IMG/VR virus record: IMGVR_UViG_2645727945_000025
Span: 1-43,691 of that record
Length of the DNA: 43,691 nucleotides
From: a virus
Taxonomy: Duplodnaviria > Heunggongvirae > Uroviricota > Caudoviricetes
Reading direction: 5' to 3' (one strand)
In this document: piece after piece, positions 1-9,250 of the stretch
Layout: the number at the start of each line of letters is the position of its first letter
Numbering within the stretch: the stretch's first letter is position 1
Notes under the pieces: generated by a model
Database searches by the model: none
What the model saw: only the letters and a program-made list of their open reading frames with translations
Told to the model about the DNA's origin: nothing
Program-made: the position numbers and the translations under genes

Positions 1-1254
1 ATGCTGGAACAAATGGGCATTGCCGCGAAGCAAGCCTCGTATAAATTAGCGCAACTCTCCAGCCGCGAAAAAAATCGTGTGCTGGAAAAAATCGCCGATG
101 AACTGGAAGCACAAAGCGAAAGCATCCTCAACGCTAACGCACAGGATGTTGCAGACGCGCGTGCTAATGGCCTTAGCGAAGCGATGCTTGACCGTCTGGC
201 ACTGACGCCCGCACGGCTGACAGGCATTGCCGACGATGTGCGCCAGGTGTGCAATCTCGCCGATCCGGTGGGGCAGGTAATCGATGGCGGCGTACTGGAC
301 AGCGGCCTGCGTCTTGAGCGTCGTCGCGTACCGCTGGGAGTGATTGGCGTGATTTATGAAGCGCGCCCGAACGTGACGGTTGATGTTGCTTCCCTGTGCC
401 TGAAAACCGGTAACGCGGTGATCCTGCGCGGCGGCAAAGAAACCTGTCGCACTAACGCTGCAACGGTAGCGGTGATTCAGGACGCCCTGAAATCCTGCGG
501 CTTACCGGCGGGTGCCGTGCAGGCAATTGATAATCCTGACCGTGCGCTGGTCAGTGAAATGCTGCGTATGGATAAATACATCGACATGCTGATCCCGCGC
601 GGTGGGGCTGGTTTGCATAAACTGTGCCGCGAGCAGTCGACAATTCCGGTGATCACAGGCGGTATAGGCGTATGCCATATTTACGTTGATGAAAGCGCAG
701 AGATCGCTGAAGCCCTGAAAGTAATTGTCAACGCGAAAACTCAGCGTCCGAGCACGTGTAATACGGTAGAAACGTTGCTGGTGAATAAAAACATCGCCGA
801 TAGCTTCCTGCCCGCATTAAGCAAGCAAATGGCGGAAAGCAGCGTGACATTACACGCAGATGTAGCTGCGCTGGCGCAGTTGCAGGCAGGCCCCGCGAAG
901 GTGGTGGCTGTTAAAGCCGAAGAGTATGACGATGAGTTTCTGTCATTAGATTTGAACGTTAAAATCGTCAGCGATCTTGACGATGCCATCGCCCATATTC
1001 GTGAACACGGCACACAACACTCCGATGCGATCCTGACCCGCGATATGCGCAACGCCCAGCGTTTTGTTAACGAAGTGGATTCGTCCGCTGTTTACGTTAA
1101 CGCCTCTACGCGTTTTACCGATGGCGGCCAGTTTGGTCTGGGAGCGGAAGTGGCGGTAAGCACACAAAAACTTCACGCGCGTGGCCCGATGGGGCTGGAA
1201 GCACTGACCACTTACAAGTGGATCGGCATTGGTGATTACACCATTCGTGCGTAA
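1..1254 (+). CDS. proA: gamma-glutamyl phosphate reductase (complete, 417 aa)
   Basis: Full-length track ORF; translation recognisable as enterobacterial ProA; host gene upstream of thrW. Confidence 0.95.
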   Translation: MLEQMGIAAKQASYKLAQLSSREKNRVLEKIADELEAQSESILNANAQDVADARANGLSEAMLDRLALTPARLTGIADDVRQVCNLADPVGQVIDGGVLDSGLRLERRRVPLGVIGVIYEARPNVTVDVASLCLKTGNAVILRGGKETCRTNAATVAVIQDALKSCGLPAGAVQAIDNPDRALVSEMLRMDKYIDMLIPRGGAGLHKLCREQSTIPVITGGIGVCHIYVDESAEIAEALKVIVNAKTQRPSTCNTVETLLVNKNIADSFLPALSKQMAESSVTLHADVAALAQLQAGPAKVVAVKAEEYDDEFLSLDLNVKIVSDLDDAIAHIREHGTQHSDAILTRDMRNAQRFVNEVDSSAVYVNASTRFTDGGQFGLGAEVAVSTQKLHARGPMGLEALTTYKWIGIGDYTIRA

Positions 1255-1368
1255 ATAAAACCGGGTGATGCAAAAGTAGCCATTTGATTCACAAGGCCAT
1301 TGACGCATCGCCCGGTTAGTTTTAACCTTGTCCACCGTGATTCACGTTCGTGAACATGTCCTTTCAGG

Positions 1369-1444
1369 GCCGATATAGCTCAGTTGGTAGAGCAGCGCAT
1401 TCGTAATGCGAAGGTCGTAGGTTCGACTCCTATTATCGGCACCA
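1369..1444 (+). tRNA. thrW: tRNA-Thr (anticodon CGU)
   Basis: 76-nt sequence GCCGATATAGCTCAGTTGGTAGAGCAGCGCATTCGTAATGCG...GGCACCA folds as a cloverleaf with CGT anticodon and encoded CCA; classic phage integration target. Confidence 0.9.
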
Positions 1445-1462
1445 TTTAAATCAATAAGTTAC
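1399..1462. repeat. attL core: 64-bp direct repeat (tRNA 3' half plus 18 bp), identical to 41138-41201
   Basis: Exact 64-bp identity between the two positions; flanking sequence diverges on both sides. Confidence 0.85.
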
Positions 1463-2619
1463 CTCACATTTAAGTAAATCACGTTCTCCTCTTGTGCCGT
1501 ATTTGTGCCATTGCGACTTATAATTGCATCGATTTTGCTCGCGTGCTCGGTGAGATGCCCGGCTGAAAGGTGGGCGTATCTTTGAACCATTTCGAGAGTT
1601 TCCCATCCTCCCATCTCTTTAAGTGCAAGAAGAGAGACTCCGGACTGAACCAGCCAGCTTGCCCAGGTGTGTCTCAGGTCATGGAATCGGAAGTTGCTAA
1701 TGCCTGCCCGCTTTAACGCTCCCTTCCATGCTTTGTTGCTATCGGTTCTCATCTTCCTTACCGCAGCTGTTTTTGTTCCGTCGCTTCGGTAGGCAGGTTT
1801 GGTGTGGACAAATACCCATCTCTTATGGAGCCCCTGCTGTTTTCTTAATATCTGGCATGCGGTTTCGTTAAGAGGAACTCCGATCGCATTGCCAGCTTTT
1901 GTTTCATCAGGGTGCATCCATGCCATTTTCTTATCCAGATCGACCTGTGACCACTCAAGGTCTGTAACGTTGGAACGGCGAAGGCCTGTCGTGATTGCAA
2001 ACATGACTACAGGGAAGAAATGAGGAGCAATTTCTGCAAACAGGCGCTTCGATTCCTCCTCTGTAAGCCATCTAATGCGTCCATTCTTAACGCGTGGTGT
2101 TGATATTTTGGGCGCCCTGTCAAGCCATCCCCATTCAACAGCCATATTGAGAATAGCGCGAAGTATTGCCAGATGCCGCGTCTTCGTTCCTTTGCTTGCC
2201 AGCTTTGGTTTATACTCCGGCACTGGCTTGCCAAGCCGCAAACACCTGTCCCGGCTCATTTCCCAGTTCAGGCGATGGCGGCGGTTTTCCATCCCGTCTA
2301 CCGCCTCCATTATTTTTTCTGTTGTTATGTCTGAGAGAATGGTTTCTCTGAAGTGCAACATCCAGAACGATATAATGCTCTTGTCATCATCAATGGACTT
2401 CTTATCCGATTTCTCACGAAGCCACCGTATGCAGGCTTCCTTGAATAGCTTTTTCGGTGATTCCCCGAGATTTTTTACTCTCCACGCTTCTGCTTTCAGA
2501 CGATCGTGAAGTTCTTGCGCTTGCCTTTTGTCCGATGTTTCAAGAGAGCGTCTAACTCTTGATCCATCTGGCGCGACGAAATCACAGTGCCACGTGCCAC
2601 CGCGTAGTTTGATTGACAT
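1459..2619 (-). CDS. int: Tyrosine integrase (P22/lambda family), 386 aa
   Basis: C-terminal catalytic motifs (HDLRHT...W, ...MVQRYAHL); stop codon lies inside the att core next to the tRNA. Confidence 0.95.
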   Translation of the reverse strand: MSIKLRGGTWHCDFVAPDGSRVRRSLETSDKRQAQELHDRLKAEAWRVKNLGESPKKLFKEACIRWLREKSDKKSIDDDKSIISFWMLHFRETILSDITTEKIMEAVDGMENRRHRLNWEMSRDRCLRLGKPVPEYKPKLASKGTKTRHLAILRAILNMAVEWGWLDRAPKISTPRVKNGRIRWLTEEESKRLFAEIAPHFFPVVMFAITTGLRRSNVTDLEWSQVDLDKKMAWMHPDETKAGNAIGVPLNETACQILRKQQGLHKRWVFVHTKPAYRSDGTKTAAVRKMRTDSNKAWKGALKRAGISNFRFHDLRHTWASWLVQSGVSLLALKEMGGWETLEMVQRYAHLSAGHLTEHASKIDAIISRNGTNTAQEENVIYLNVR

Positions 2620-2843
2620 GCTTTAACCTCCTGCACATCAACCGCATTCACCGCGCTATTGTGTCTTACAGACTTAAGCGCCGCAATGCAGTCTGACTTG
2701 CAAATGCGATATGGGCTTTTAGGTTTATCTGGATTTATCTTTGCGGCCTGAAGTCGTCCACTTCGTATCCACTGCGTGATAGTGCCTTTGTCTACCTTCA
2801 GATACGATGCTGCCTCTTCACGAGTGAAGATTTCTTCTTCCAC
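2496..2843 (-). CDS. xis: Excisionase-like HTH protein (probable GTG start)
   Basis: Overlaps int 5' end as in lambdoid phages; homologous in sequence to the xis of prophage 2 (42238-42588). Confidence 0.65.
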   Translation of the reverse strand: MEEEIFTREEAASYLKVDKGTITQWIRSGRLQAAKINPDKPKSPYRICKSDCIAALKSVRHNSAVNAVDVQEVKACQSNYAVARGTVISSRQMDQELDALLKHRTKGKRKNFTIV

Positions 2844-2930
2844 TTGGAATCTCCATTTATTGAGTTGGTATTATTGCGGTAGGTCTGGATATCTTGAGAA
2901 ATGAACAGGCCTCATCGAGTGTGAGGCGGG

Positions 2931-3275
2931 TTAGTCCTTGCGTAGCTCGCTGATTCTTCTGTAAGTCTCTGGTGCTTTGTTCCCGTACGTCTTCATTTCA
3001 GACTTCAACAGAGCAACGAGTGAATCCCATTCGTTGAGGATGCCTTTGAATGCCGGAACGCGCTTTGCAACCTTGTCGAATGAATCTCTGATTTCTGGAA
3101 TCTGCTCAACAAGTGCAACGCATCGCCGGAAATCTGCTGCGTCATGTGGAGCGCCGAAGTGATGACCATAGATATTCTTTTTCAGTCCACATGCGATTGA
3201 GGCAAGAGTTGCGCTACTGATGCCGACATCGCCAGTCGATTGCCATTTCAAAACCTTAATAGCCAAATCTGACAT
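2931..3275 (-). CDS. Hypothetical protein (114 aa from internal ATG with GGAG RBS)
   Basis: Track ORF 2931-3302; likely start at Met10; preceded on its own strand by an intrinsic terminator. Confidence 0.5.
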   Translation of the reverse strand: MSDLAIKVLKWQSTGDVGISSATLASIACGLKKNIYGHHFGAPHDAADFRRCVALVEQIPEIRDSFDKVAKRVPAFKGILNEWDSLVALLKSEMKTYGNKAPETYRRISELRKD

Positions 3276-3285
3276 TTCTTGTCTC

Positions 3286-3309
3286 CAATAAAAAACCGCC
3301 ATCAGGCGG
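3286..3309 (-). terminator. Intrinsic terminator within early-left operon (approx.)
   Basis: Minus-strand reading gives CCGCC-TGAT-GGCGG hairpin followed by TTTTTTATT. Confidence 0.5.
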
Positions 3310-3352
3310 ATTGGTGTTCTTTCAGTTCTTCAATTCGAATATTGGTTACGTC

Positions 3353-3652
3353 TTATTCGATACGCACTCCTGGTATTTCGCCTTTTGATATTGCTAAGTC
3401 ATAAATTTGCGCGGCACTATACCCATCTCGCATCCATGAATCTAAGGCGCGAACAGCCTCGCTACGCTTTTTATCTTCTCTCTCATTTTTGATATCAACG
3501 AGGACATCAACGCAATTAAGGCATATGTGGATTTTGTCCTTACATTCGATCATGGCGGCTTTACCATGATTTCCGCCACACAGTGAGCATAAATCTTCAG
3601 GGTCTGGCTGGTATTTCTGTAACGTTAGAGGGTTGAATGTTGAACAGGCCAT
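3353..3652 (-). CDS. Hypothetical Cys-rich (CxxC...CxxC) small protein
   Basis: Track ORF; start at Met5 with GGAGA RBS; two CxxC pairs suggest a zinc ribbon. Confidence 0.5.
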   Translation of the reverse strand: MACSTFNPLTLQKYQPDPEDLCSLCGGNHGKAAMIECKDKIHICLNCVDVLVDIKNEREDKKRSEAVRALDSWMRDGYSAAQIYDLAISKGEIPGVRIE

Positions 3653-3723
3653 AATCATCTCCATAAAACAAAACTCGCCGTAGCGAGTTCAGATAAAAGA
3701 AATCCCCGCGAGTGCGAGGATTG

Positions 3724-4008
3724 TTATTCAGTGCTGATATTTACCTTTATAGCGAACACCTTTACCGGTTTATCGCCGAAGTGCGGATGTGTGATTGTCT
3801 TGATTTCATATCCGTCATACGGGACGTCAATTCTGCGACTGAAGTCTTCGCGCTTCGGATATCCCTTTGTGATAATCAGGCGGTCATACTTACGGTTAAC
3901 GAGGCGCTTATTCCAGTAGTCATTACACAGGCGATACTCTTCCGTTTTCTCCCCGCGAATCATGGCATCGAAGTATTCACCTTTAACGGCAAGTTGCAGG
4001 TTAGCCAT
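3724..4008 (-). CDS. Hypothetical protein, ASCH/PUA-like by motif
   Basis: Track ORF; start at Met8 with GGAGG RBS and TAATG stop-start overlap with upstream gene. Confidence 0.5.
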   Translation of the reverse strand: MANLQLAVKGEYFDAMIRGEKTEEYRLCNDYWNKRLVNRKYDRLIITKGYPKREDFSRRIDVPYDGYEIKTITHPHFGDKPVKVFAIKVNISTE

Positions 4009-4268
4009 TACCGCACCTCCAGTCTCCATACCGCCTGACCAATCCGGCTGGCATAGGTATCTTTGGATACTGCTCCGTCTTTAGCCAGCTCCATAAGAAT
4101 TTTGCGCAAATCTGCCGAACGCCATTCTTCATCAGGAAATTCCTTCTCCATTGCCAACCGCAGATTCCAGGTTGCCATCCTGAATGGATATTTCCCGCCG
4201 AGAGCTTTATCTTGCAGGGCAGCCCGGGAACGCATCACCTGCAAAACCTTCTCTTTTACATCCATCAT
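4008..4268 (-). CDS. Hypothetical early protein (86 aa)
   Basis: Track ORF, translationally coupled to neighbours. Confidence 0.5.
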   Translation of the reverse strand: MMDVKEKVLQVMRSRAALQDKALGGKYPFRMATWNLRLAMEKEFPDEEWRSADLRKILMELAKDGAVSKDTYASRIGQAVWRLEVR

Positions 4269-4834
4269 TTCGCCTCCTGCGGCGGTTCTGGTAGAGGCAT
4301 CCAGTGAGTTGCTTGCTCAATACCATTACCCGGCTTAATCGTTACATCTCCGCGCCGAAAGGTGATTCCGGTATAGCGTGCGGAGCATATTAGCGGTTCA
4401 ACCAGAGAGCTATCGAAATTCACCGAAATAAGCACGTTCTGATTCTTTTCCGGCATTCGCTCACTACAGCTTATCCAACCATCCGGAGTTCCCGGAGTTG
4501 GTCCATCGAATTTGGGCATGTCAGGACCTTTTCTGATAGCTTTAGCCAGCTCCAGCGGGTCATCGTAAAGCCAGTCGCCAGTTTGTGGGTGATTTGCTTC
4601 TGCAAGCTGCGCAGCCCATTCAAGACCATCTTTTTGACCTTGAAGATAATCAAGTGGCAACTCTTCATGATTACTTGCAGGTTCGGCACTATCAGCTTCG
4701 CGCCGCTTCTGTAGCTCTGCTGCCATTGCTCTCACGACTTCAACTGGTGCCCTTGCAGCAAACTCTATGTTGGTGATCAGCTCATTAAGATATTGCTCGC
4801 TGGGATACTGTTTTTTATCGGTTATAGTGGTCAT
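4265..4834 (-). CDS. Hypothetical early protein with DUF551-like C-terminus (W.PLPEPP)
   Basis: Track ORF 4265-4876; start at Met15 with AGGAG RBS. Confidence 0.5.
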   Translation of the reverse strand: MTTITDKKQYPSEQYLNELITNIEFAARAPVEVVRAMAAELQKRREADSAEPASNHEELPLDYLQGQKDGLEWAAQLAEANHPQTGDWLYDDPLELAKAIRKGPDMPKFDGPTPGTPDGWISCSERMPEKNQNVLISVNFDSSLVEPLICSARYTGITFRRGDVTIKPGNGIEQATHWMPLPEPPQEAK

Positions 4835-4835
4835 A

Positions 4836-5231
4836 TCACTCTCCTTTTCCCTGAAGCATAGCGGCACGGCAGGCATTCCACCCCTTCACATAACCGAACG
4901 CCATCAACTGATCACTCATGGCGGGCAGCATTGTGTGGGTCGTACTGATTTCTTCCGGCACTACCGGCGCTGGCGGGGTGATGCGTCCAAGCAACTTATT
5001 TACCTCTTTCGCCATCGCGTCATATTTATCTAAATGGCGATTAGCTTCTAAGCAGACTCGGCGCATCTGATCTGAGTTAACTCGTTTAACTGGATCTGCT
5101 TCCAGCGATGCCAGCGCAATCCGTGCCAGTTCTTCCGCTTCTTCTGCTGGCAGTACAACGTTGCTACCAGGTCCGTATGTTTCGCGCCACTGCTTGATTG
5201 TCAGCAGTCGCTCTTTGGTAATAGTGATCAT
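4836..5231 (-). CDS. Hypothetical early protein (131 aa)
   Basis: Track ORF in operon context. Confidence 0.5.
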   Translation of the reverse strand: MITITKERLLTIKQWRETYGPGSNVVLPAEEAEELARIALASLEADPVKRVNSDQMRRVCLEANRHLDKYDAMAKEVNKLLGRITPPAPVVPEEISTTHTMLPAMSDQLMAFGYVKGWNACRAAMLQGKGE

Positions 5232-5743
5232 GCCGCGTTTCCTTCTTTCTTATTAACAATTACACCGTCATATATTTCATTAAGGTGCCCTCTCAACTCC
5301 ATGCGCCTTAATGCAGATAACATGTAATCGCATTCAACCTGCTTATTTCCAGTAAATGGCTTATCGTCAGGATTACCCCAACAGCAATTACCCTTGGGCC
5401 ACCCATGTACTTTCCGTACTCTTCCGTTAACAACGTGAAGTAATCCCCAGCCAGGTGGTAAATCCTCAACTGAAATAATTCCCGGCTCACTAATAAAGAA
5501 TCGCCAGTCGCCCATTCCAAGAGACGGATTTTTACGAAAACGCTTTTTTCTATCTGCCAACAAGTCAGCACGAGAACATTTCGCCTCTATCAGGCATGAT
5601 GCTGAATTTCTGAATCCCATAGCATCTGGCTGTTCTCCGGTACTGGTTACAGCTATAAAGCGGTCATGAAAACAAACCTTGAACCCGTTGCGCTTAAGGA
5701 ACTTGTACGCAATCTGACAGAGTTCGCGGTGTGTTAACGCCAT
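5228..5743 (-). CDS. Hypothetical protein with PD-(D/E)xK-like motif (PD...EAK), 171 aa
   Basis: Track ORF 5228-5815; start at Met25 with AGGAG RBS; near-identical paralog at 42890-43405 in prophage 2. Confidence 0.55.
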   Translation of the reverse strand: MALTHRELCQIAYKFLKRNGFKVCFHDRFIAVTSTGEQPDAMGFRNSASCLIEAKCSRADLLADRKKRFRKNPSLGMGDWRFFISEPGIISVEDLPPGWGLLHVVNGRVRKVHGWPKGNCCWGNPDDKPFTGNKQVECDYMLSALRRMELRGHLNEIYDGVIVNKKEGNAA

Positions 5744-5744
5744 A

Positions 5745-5933
5745 TCACTCTCCTTTAGTGCGCAAGTGGTTTTTCCAGCGGTTTTGCGCCGCGCTGGGCT
5801 TTTTGCAAAAACCACAATCCATCATCCCGTAATGTTTCATTAACCCCATCCGTCGGTTGCTGAGTCTCACCCACTGCCAGACGCCAGGAGCGTTTCTACG
5901 AACTAACAGAATCTTTGCTTTACGGTTTTTCAT
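5745..5933 (-). CDS. Hypothetical small basic protein (62 aa)
   Basis: Track ORF with GGAGA RBS; segment absent from the homologous position in prophage 2. Confidence 0.35.
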   Translation of the reverse strand: MKNRKAKILLVRRNAPGVWQWVRLSNRRMGLMKHYGMMDCGFCKKPSAAQNRWKNHLRTKGE

Positions 5934-6105
5934 CGCTTTGCTCTCCTGCGTCTCTTTGCTGCTCGTCGTGCCGCTGCAATACCGGTATGGCGGCGCTTTG
6001 GTGCCGGGATGATGTTGTCAGCCATCAGGACATACGGCTTTGCAATTAGCGCAGAAGCCCAAAAACGAGTCGGGTACGGTAACAAGCCGATACATGCCAC
6101 ACGCA

Positions 6106-6789
6106 TTACTCACCTCCTTTGATGCGAATGCCTGCGGCGCGGATTGCAGCGATGACTTCAGAAACTTTGTATGCCATTACCGTTTGGTAATCATCGTGAA
6201 AATCTGTTCGATGAAGCATGCTGCTACGTTCCGGGAGCGATATTTCCCGAGCATCCAGTTCCTTAACGCGTTCCTCCAGTTCGTAGACCCTGCATTGTTC
6301 TCTATCATCAATCAGATATACCCCAAGACATTCGCTTTCTACCCAACCGCCAAAATCATGATCGTAACGCTCACATGAAAACTCACCGTCACCGTCCTTT
6401 GTTGGAATGGTGTAACTATCTAATGGGCCACCATATGTCGGCACATTTCCCAATGTTGGATGCTCAATCCACATGAAAAATGCACGTCCGGTTATTGGGC
6501 AAATATCTGGCCGCCATTGGTTACGAACAGCCTTGGTTTCGGATAATTCTTCAGCGTGTTGTTTTACTTCCTCAAGCTCAACACGCAGCTTCCCTACCGT
6601 TAGCGCAATATCCTCGTTCTCCTGATCGCGGCTTTTGATGTATTGCAGGTTTCTTTCCCGTTCATCCAGCATTGCCAGCACAATCGATGGTGTTACCAGC
6701 TCATGGAAAAGGTCCGCGTCAAATCCCCAGTCGTCATGCATTGCCTGCTCTGCCGCCTCACGCAGTGCCTGATGGTCAATTTTGCTCAC
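6106..6789 (-). CDS. Hypothetical early protein (227 aa)
   Basis: Track ORF; 3' and 5' parts homologous to the partial gene at the window end (43408-43691). Confidence 0.55.
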   Translation of the reverse strand: MSKIDHQALREAAEQAMHDDWGFDADLFHELVTPSIVLAMLDERERNLQYIKSRDQENEDIALTVGKLRVELEEVKQHAEELSETKAVRNQWRPDICPITGRAFFMWIEHPTLGNVPTYGGPLDSYTIPTKDGDGEFSCERYDHDFGGWVESECLGVYLIDDREQCRVYELEERVKELDAREISLPERSSMLHRTDFHDDYQTVMAYKVSEVIAAIRAAGIRIKGGE

Positions 6790-7045
6790 TGGCTGCCTCC
6801 GCTTCCCACGTTTTCAAACTTTCACCACAGAACGGGCAAAAGCACATTGCAACGCCACGACCGATATATTTCCCCGAGTGAATTTGAGCAATATCTATGC
6901 ATGACTCGCCGGTGTTTATGTTCACACGCTCCGGGATAAATATGCCTTTACTCTTGAATGTTGGATTTCCATATTCGAGAGATTTTGCCAACGCCGCGCA
7001 CGGTTCTATCTTGTTGCCATTAATTTGGCATTTTGACTCACTCAC
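6776..7045 (-). CDS. Hypothetical Cys-rich protein (89 aa)
   Basis: Track ORF, overlaps neighbours in operon fashion. Confidence 0.45.
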   Translation of the reverse strand: MSESKCQINGNKIEPCAALAKSLEYGNPTFKSKGIFIPERVNINTGESCIDIAQIHSGKYIGRGVAMCFCPFCGESLKTWEAEAASEQN

Positions 7046-7473
7046 TGGTTGCCTCCTTTGCGAAGCTCAGCGGCGAAGGCTACTGCGTGATCATGATGTT
7101 CAAGTGTGTATGCGCACTCAGCAAACATCTCCACGCCCTGTGCCCGTACATCAGCCAGGAAAGCATCGGTGGCTGGGGTGTCTGATTGCAGAGACTTTGC
7201 GCGATAGTCATTCCACCCTCTTGCATACATGGGATTAACTTGCACTCCATCTTTTACACAATATGCCTGCCCTCCACGGTTGATAACCTTGATTTCGTCC
7301 ATAGCGCCAGACTTCATCCCCGCATTCTCCGCTGCCAGCGCCGCGCACTTGGCCTCCGCTTCAGCAAATTTACGCACCAGATATTCAGCGTTTGTTTCGT
7401 TAACCTTTAAATCTCGTGGGATGCATTTACCTTTCAGAAATCCATCCATCTCAATTAGTGACATTTGTTTCAT
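7042..7473 (-). CDS. Hypothetical early protein (143 aa from Met7)
   Basis: Track ORF 7042-7491; ATGA overlap with the upstream small ORF. Confidence 0.5.
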   Translation of the reverse strand: MKQMSLIEMDGFLKGKCIPRDLKVNETNAEYLVRKFAEAEAKCAALAAENAGMKSGAMDEIKVINRGGQAYCVKDGVQVNPMYARGWNDYRAKSLQSDTPATDAFLADVRAQGVEMFAECAYTLEHHDHAVAFAAELRKGGNQ

Positions 7474-7634
7474 TTCTTCCAACTCCGCCACATTGCATTC
7501 AGATATTTGTTTTGATTCACTGATGGAAAAGAATTTCTCTTAAGCAATTCCTCTCTCGATGGCATTGGCTTTACGCGTTGGCGAATAATCATTTCTGCCG
7601 GAAGAATGCCGGGATTGTATGAAAGTCCTCTCAT
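7470..7634 (-). CDS. Possible small ORF (54 aa), translationally coupled
   Basis: ATG overlaps stop of 7631-7921 gene (ATGA) and its stop overlaps the next start; below track threshold. Confidence 0.25.
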   Translation of the reverse strand: MRGLSYNPGILPAEMIIRQRVKPMPSREELLKRNSFPSVNQNKYLNAMWRSWKK

Positions 7635-7921
7635 GATTTACTCTCCATGAACTGGTCAACAGCCATGCTAAGTGATACACCTAAAGTCTCGATATGCTGC
7701 TGAATATCCTGTAGCGTCTGCGCCTGAGATAACAGGATTTCACGGTTGCATAACTCTTTAACCAGATGCTCAAACTTGCTGTAATAACCGATACGACTTA
7801 GTGTTTCTTTCCCTGCATTCTCGCCTTCTTTGATAATTCCTCTTTCATTAAGAATCAGGTCGTGTTTGGTTCCGGTAATAACGTATTTTCCGAGGTCGAT
7901 GTTTAGCTTCATTGTTTTCAT
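7631..7921 (-). CDS. Hypothetical early protein (96 aa)
   Basis: Track ORF 7631-8074; likely start at Met52 with GAGGA RBS just after the upstream stop. Confidence 0.5.
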   Translation of the reverse strand: MKTMKLNIDLGKYVITGTKHDLILNERGIIKEGENAGKETLSRIGYYSKFEHLVKELCNREILLSQAQTLQDIQQHIETLGVSLSMAVDQFMESKS

Positions 7922-7931
7922 TGTTAATTCC

Positions 7932-8228
7932 TCAGTCATTACTGATAGCGCCATAGCGTGAGCGGTAATTACGCAGGCGCGGGTCGATATATTCAGGGAA
8001 GTGGGTATATGTTGCTTTGCGGAACGGTCGGATTGATGTCTGGTAAATTCGCTCGCGTTCTTCTTTCTCTGCAAGCCATATACAATGGCGAAATTCCTTT
8101 TCCTCTTTCGTTTCCTGCGGTAGAGACATTATTCGATCGTAGTTTTTTCTGAATTTATCCAGCACTTCCGATACGGAATTGCCGGAACAGCGGCGTGGGT
8201 CATCCGCACCATACAGAGGCGCTGGCAT
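7932..8228 (-). CDS. Hypothetical early protein (98 aa)
   Basis: Track ORF. Confidence 0.45.
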   Translation of the reverse strand: MPAPLYGADDPRRCSGNSVSEVLDKFRKNYDRIMSLPQETKEEKEFRHCIWLAEKEERERIYQTSIRPFRKATYTHFPEYIDPRLRNYRSRYGAISND

Positions 8229-8251
8229 AATGGAATCCTTATGTTGCTACT

Positions 8252-8635
8252 TTAGAAGGGAATTGAATCGTCGTATTCAGGATGATTTTGATGATTGCTA
8301 CTTTGCTGCTGTTGGCTGTTTCCTGAAGTTGCAAATCCAATCTTTGCATTCAGTAATTCAAGAGTGATTGATTGACCATTTTGCCCCTGATAAACATCAA
8401 CCCTGATGTTTTCTCCGGTAATTTCTACAATGCCACCTTCAACAAGAACACTACGGTAGTAATCCGCTTGCGCTCCCGGCTTGGCAAATACAACGGCGCT
8501 GTAGTTTGTCCATTCTTTCTTTTTTGTCTGGCGATCGTAATACTGAACGCCAGCACGGATGTTGAATCCGATATTTTCCCCGGCCTGAAACTCTCTTGCG
8601 GGCTTGTTTAGTCTTACAGTAATCGAATGTGCCAT
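8252..8635 (-). CDS. Putative single-strand DNA-binding protein (127 aa) with acidic C-terminal tail ...EYDDSIPF
   Basis: Track ORF 8252-8725; start at Met31 overlapping erf stop; C-terminal DDxIPF tail is an SSB hallmark. Confidence 0.5.
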   Translation of the reverse strand: MAHSITVRLNKPAREFQAGENIGFNIRAGVQYYDRQTKKKEWTNYSAVVFAKPGAQADYYRSVLVEGGIVEITGENIRVDVYQGQNGQSITLELLNAKIGFATSGNSQQQQSSNHQNHPEYDDSIPF

Positions 8636-9240
8636 TAAGCAGCCGCTCCTTCTAATTCGTCTCGTCTGATGTTGTAAACGTCCTGCGCTTTGTGCTGCTC
8701 CGGTGTGCCTTCGAGCATCTTCCACGCTTTGGCGAACGCCTGTTTAAGCTCTTCCACGGTGTTTTTCTGCAATGCTGCGTCAGTGAATGCTTTTAGAACC
8801 TGTTCAGGTGTAGGTGATGGTTTTGATTGCTTTGCTGCTGCGTTCTGCTGATGTTTATGCTCGTCTGTATCTGCATCTTTCGCATCATCAATGCCGAATA
8901 AACCATTGAGGCAATACTTGCGTGCATAAGAGCTTGTAGCTCCCGTAACTTGTGCAGAATCCATTCCTTTCTTGCTTTCTTCCTCTCGTGCAAGAGCGGT
9001 TGCCGTATGACTGTTTTCGCCATCGGTAATAGTTGCCGTGGCTTTCACGTAATACCGATCACCAATCAACACAACTTCATCGCTGATTGATAAAAACAGG
9101 CCATTCAGTAACGGCTTAACGCCTTCAAGAATGTCTTCGCAGCTTCTGTATTTATATTTACCGAATGAGTTGTACTGATTCTTTGGCGCGTTCAGATTCT
9201 CCTGAATGGCTGCCAGCCTTGCATAAAATTCTTTGCTCAT
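8635..9240 (-). CDS. erf: ERF-family single-strand annealing recombinase
   Basis: Track ORF 8635-9270 (start at Met11); sequence recalled as close to P22 Erf (MSKEFYARLA...NQYNSFGKYKYRSCEDILEG). Confidence 0.7.
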   Translation of the reverse strand: MSKEFYARLAAIQENLNAPKNQYNSFGKYKYRSCEDILEGVKPLLNGLFLSISDEVVLIGDRYYVKATATITDGENSHTATALAREEESKKGMDSAQVTGATSSYARKYCLNGLFGIDDAKDADTDEHKHQQNAAAKQSKPSPTPEQVLKAFTDAALQKNTVEELKQAFAKAWKMLEGTPEQHKAQDVYNIRRDELEGAAA

Positions 9241-9250
9241 ATGATTGCTC

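Noticed and set aside
1799-2509. Plus-strand ORFs inside the integrase gene (1799-2023, 2075-2509, 2166-2351)
   Set aside because: Antisense to a confidently identified integrase; no independent support
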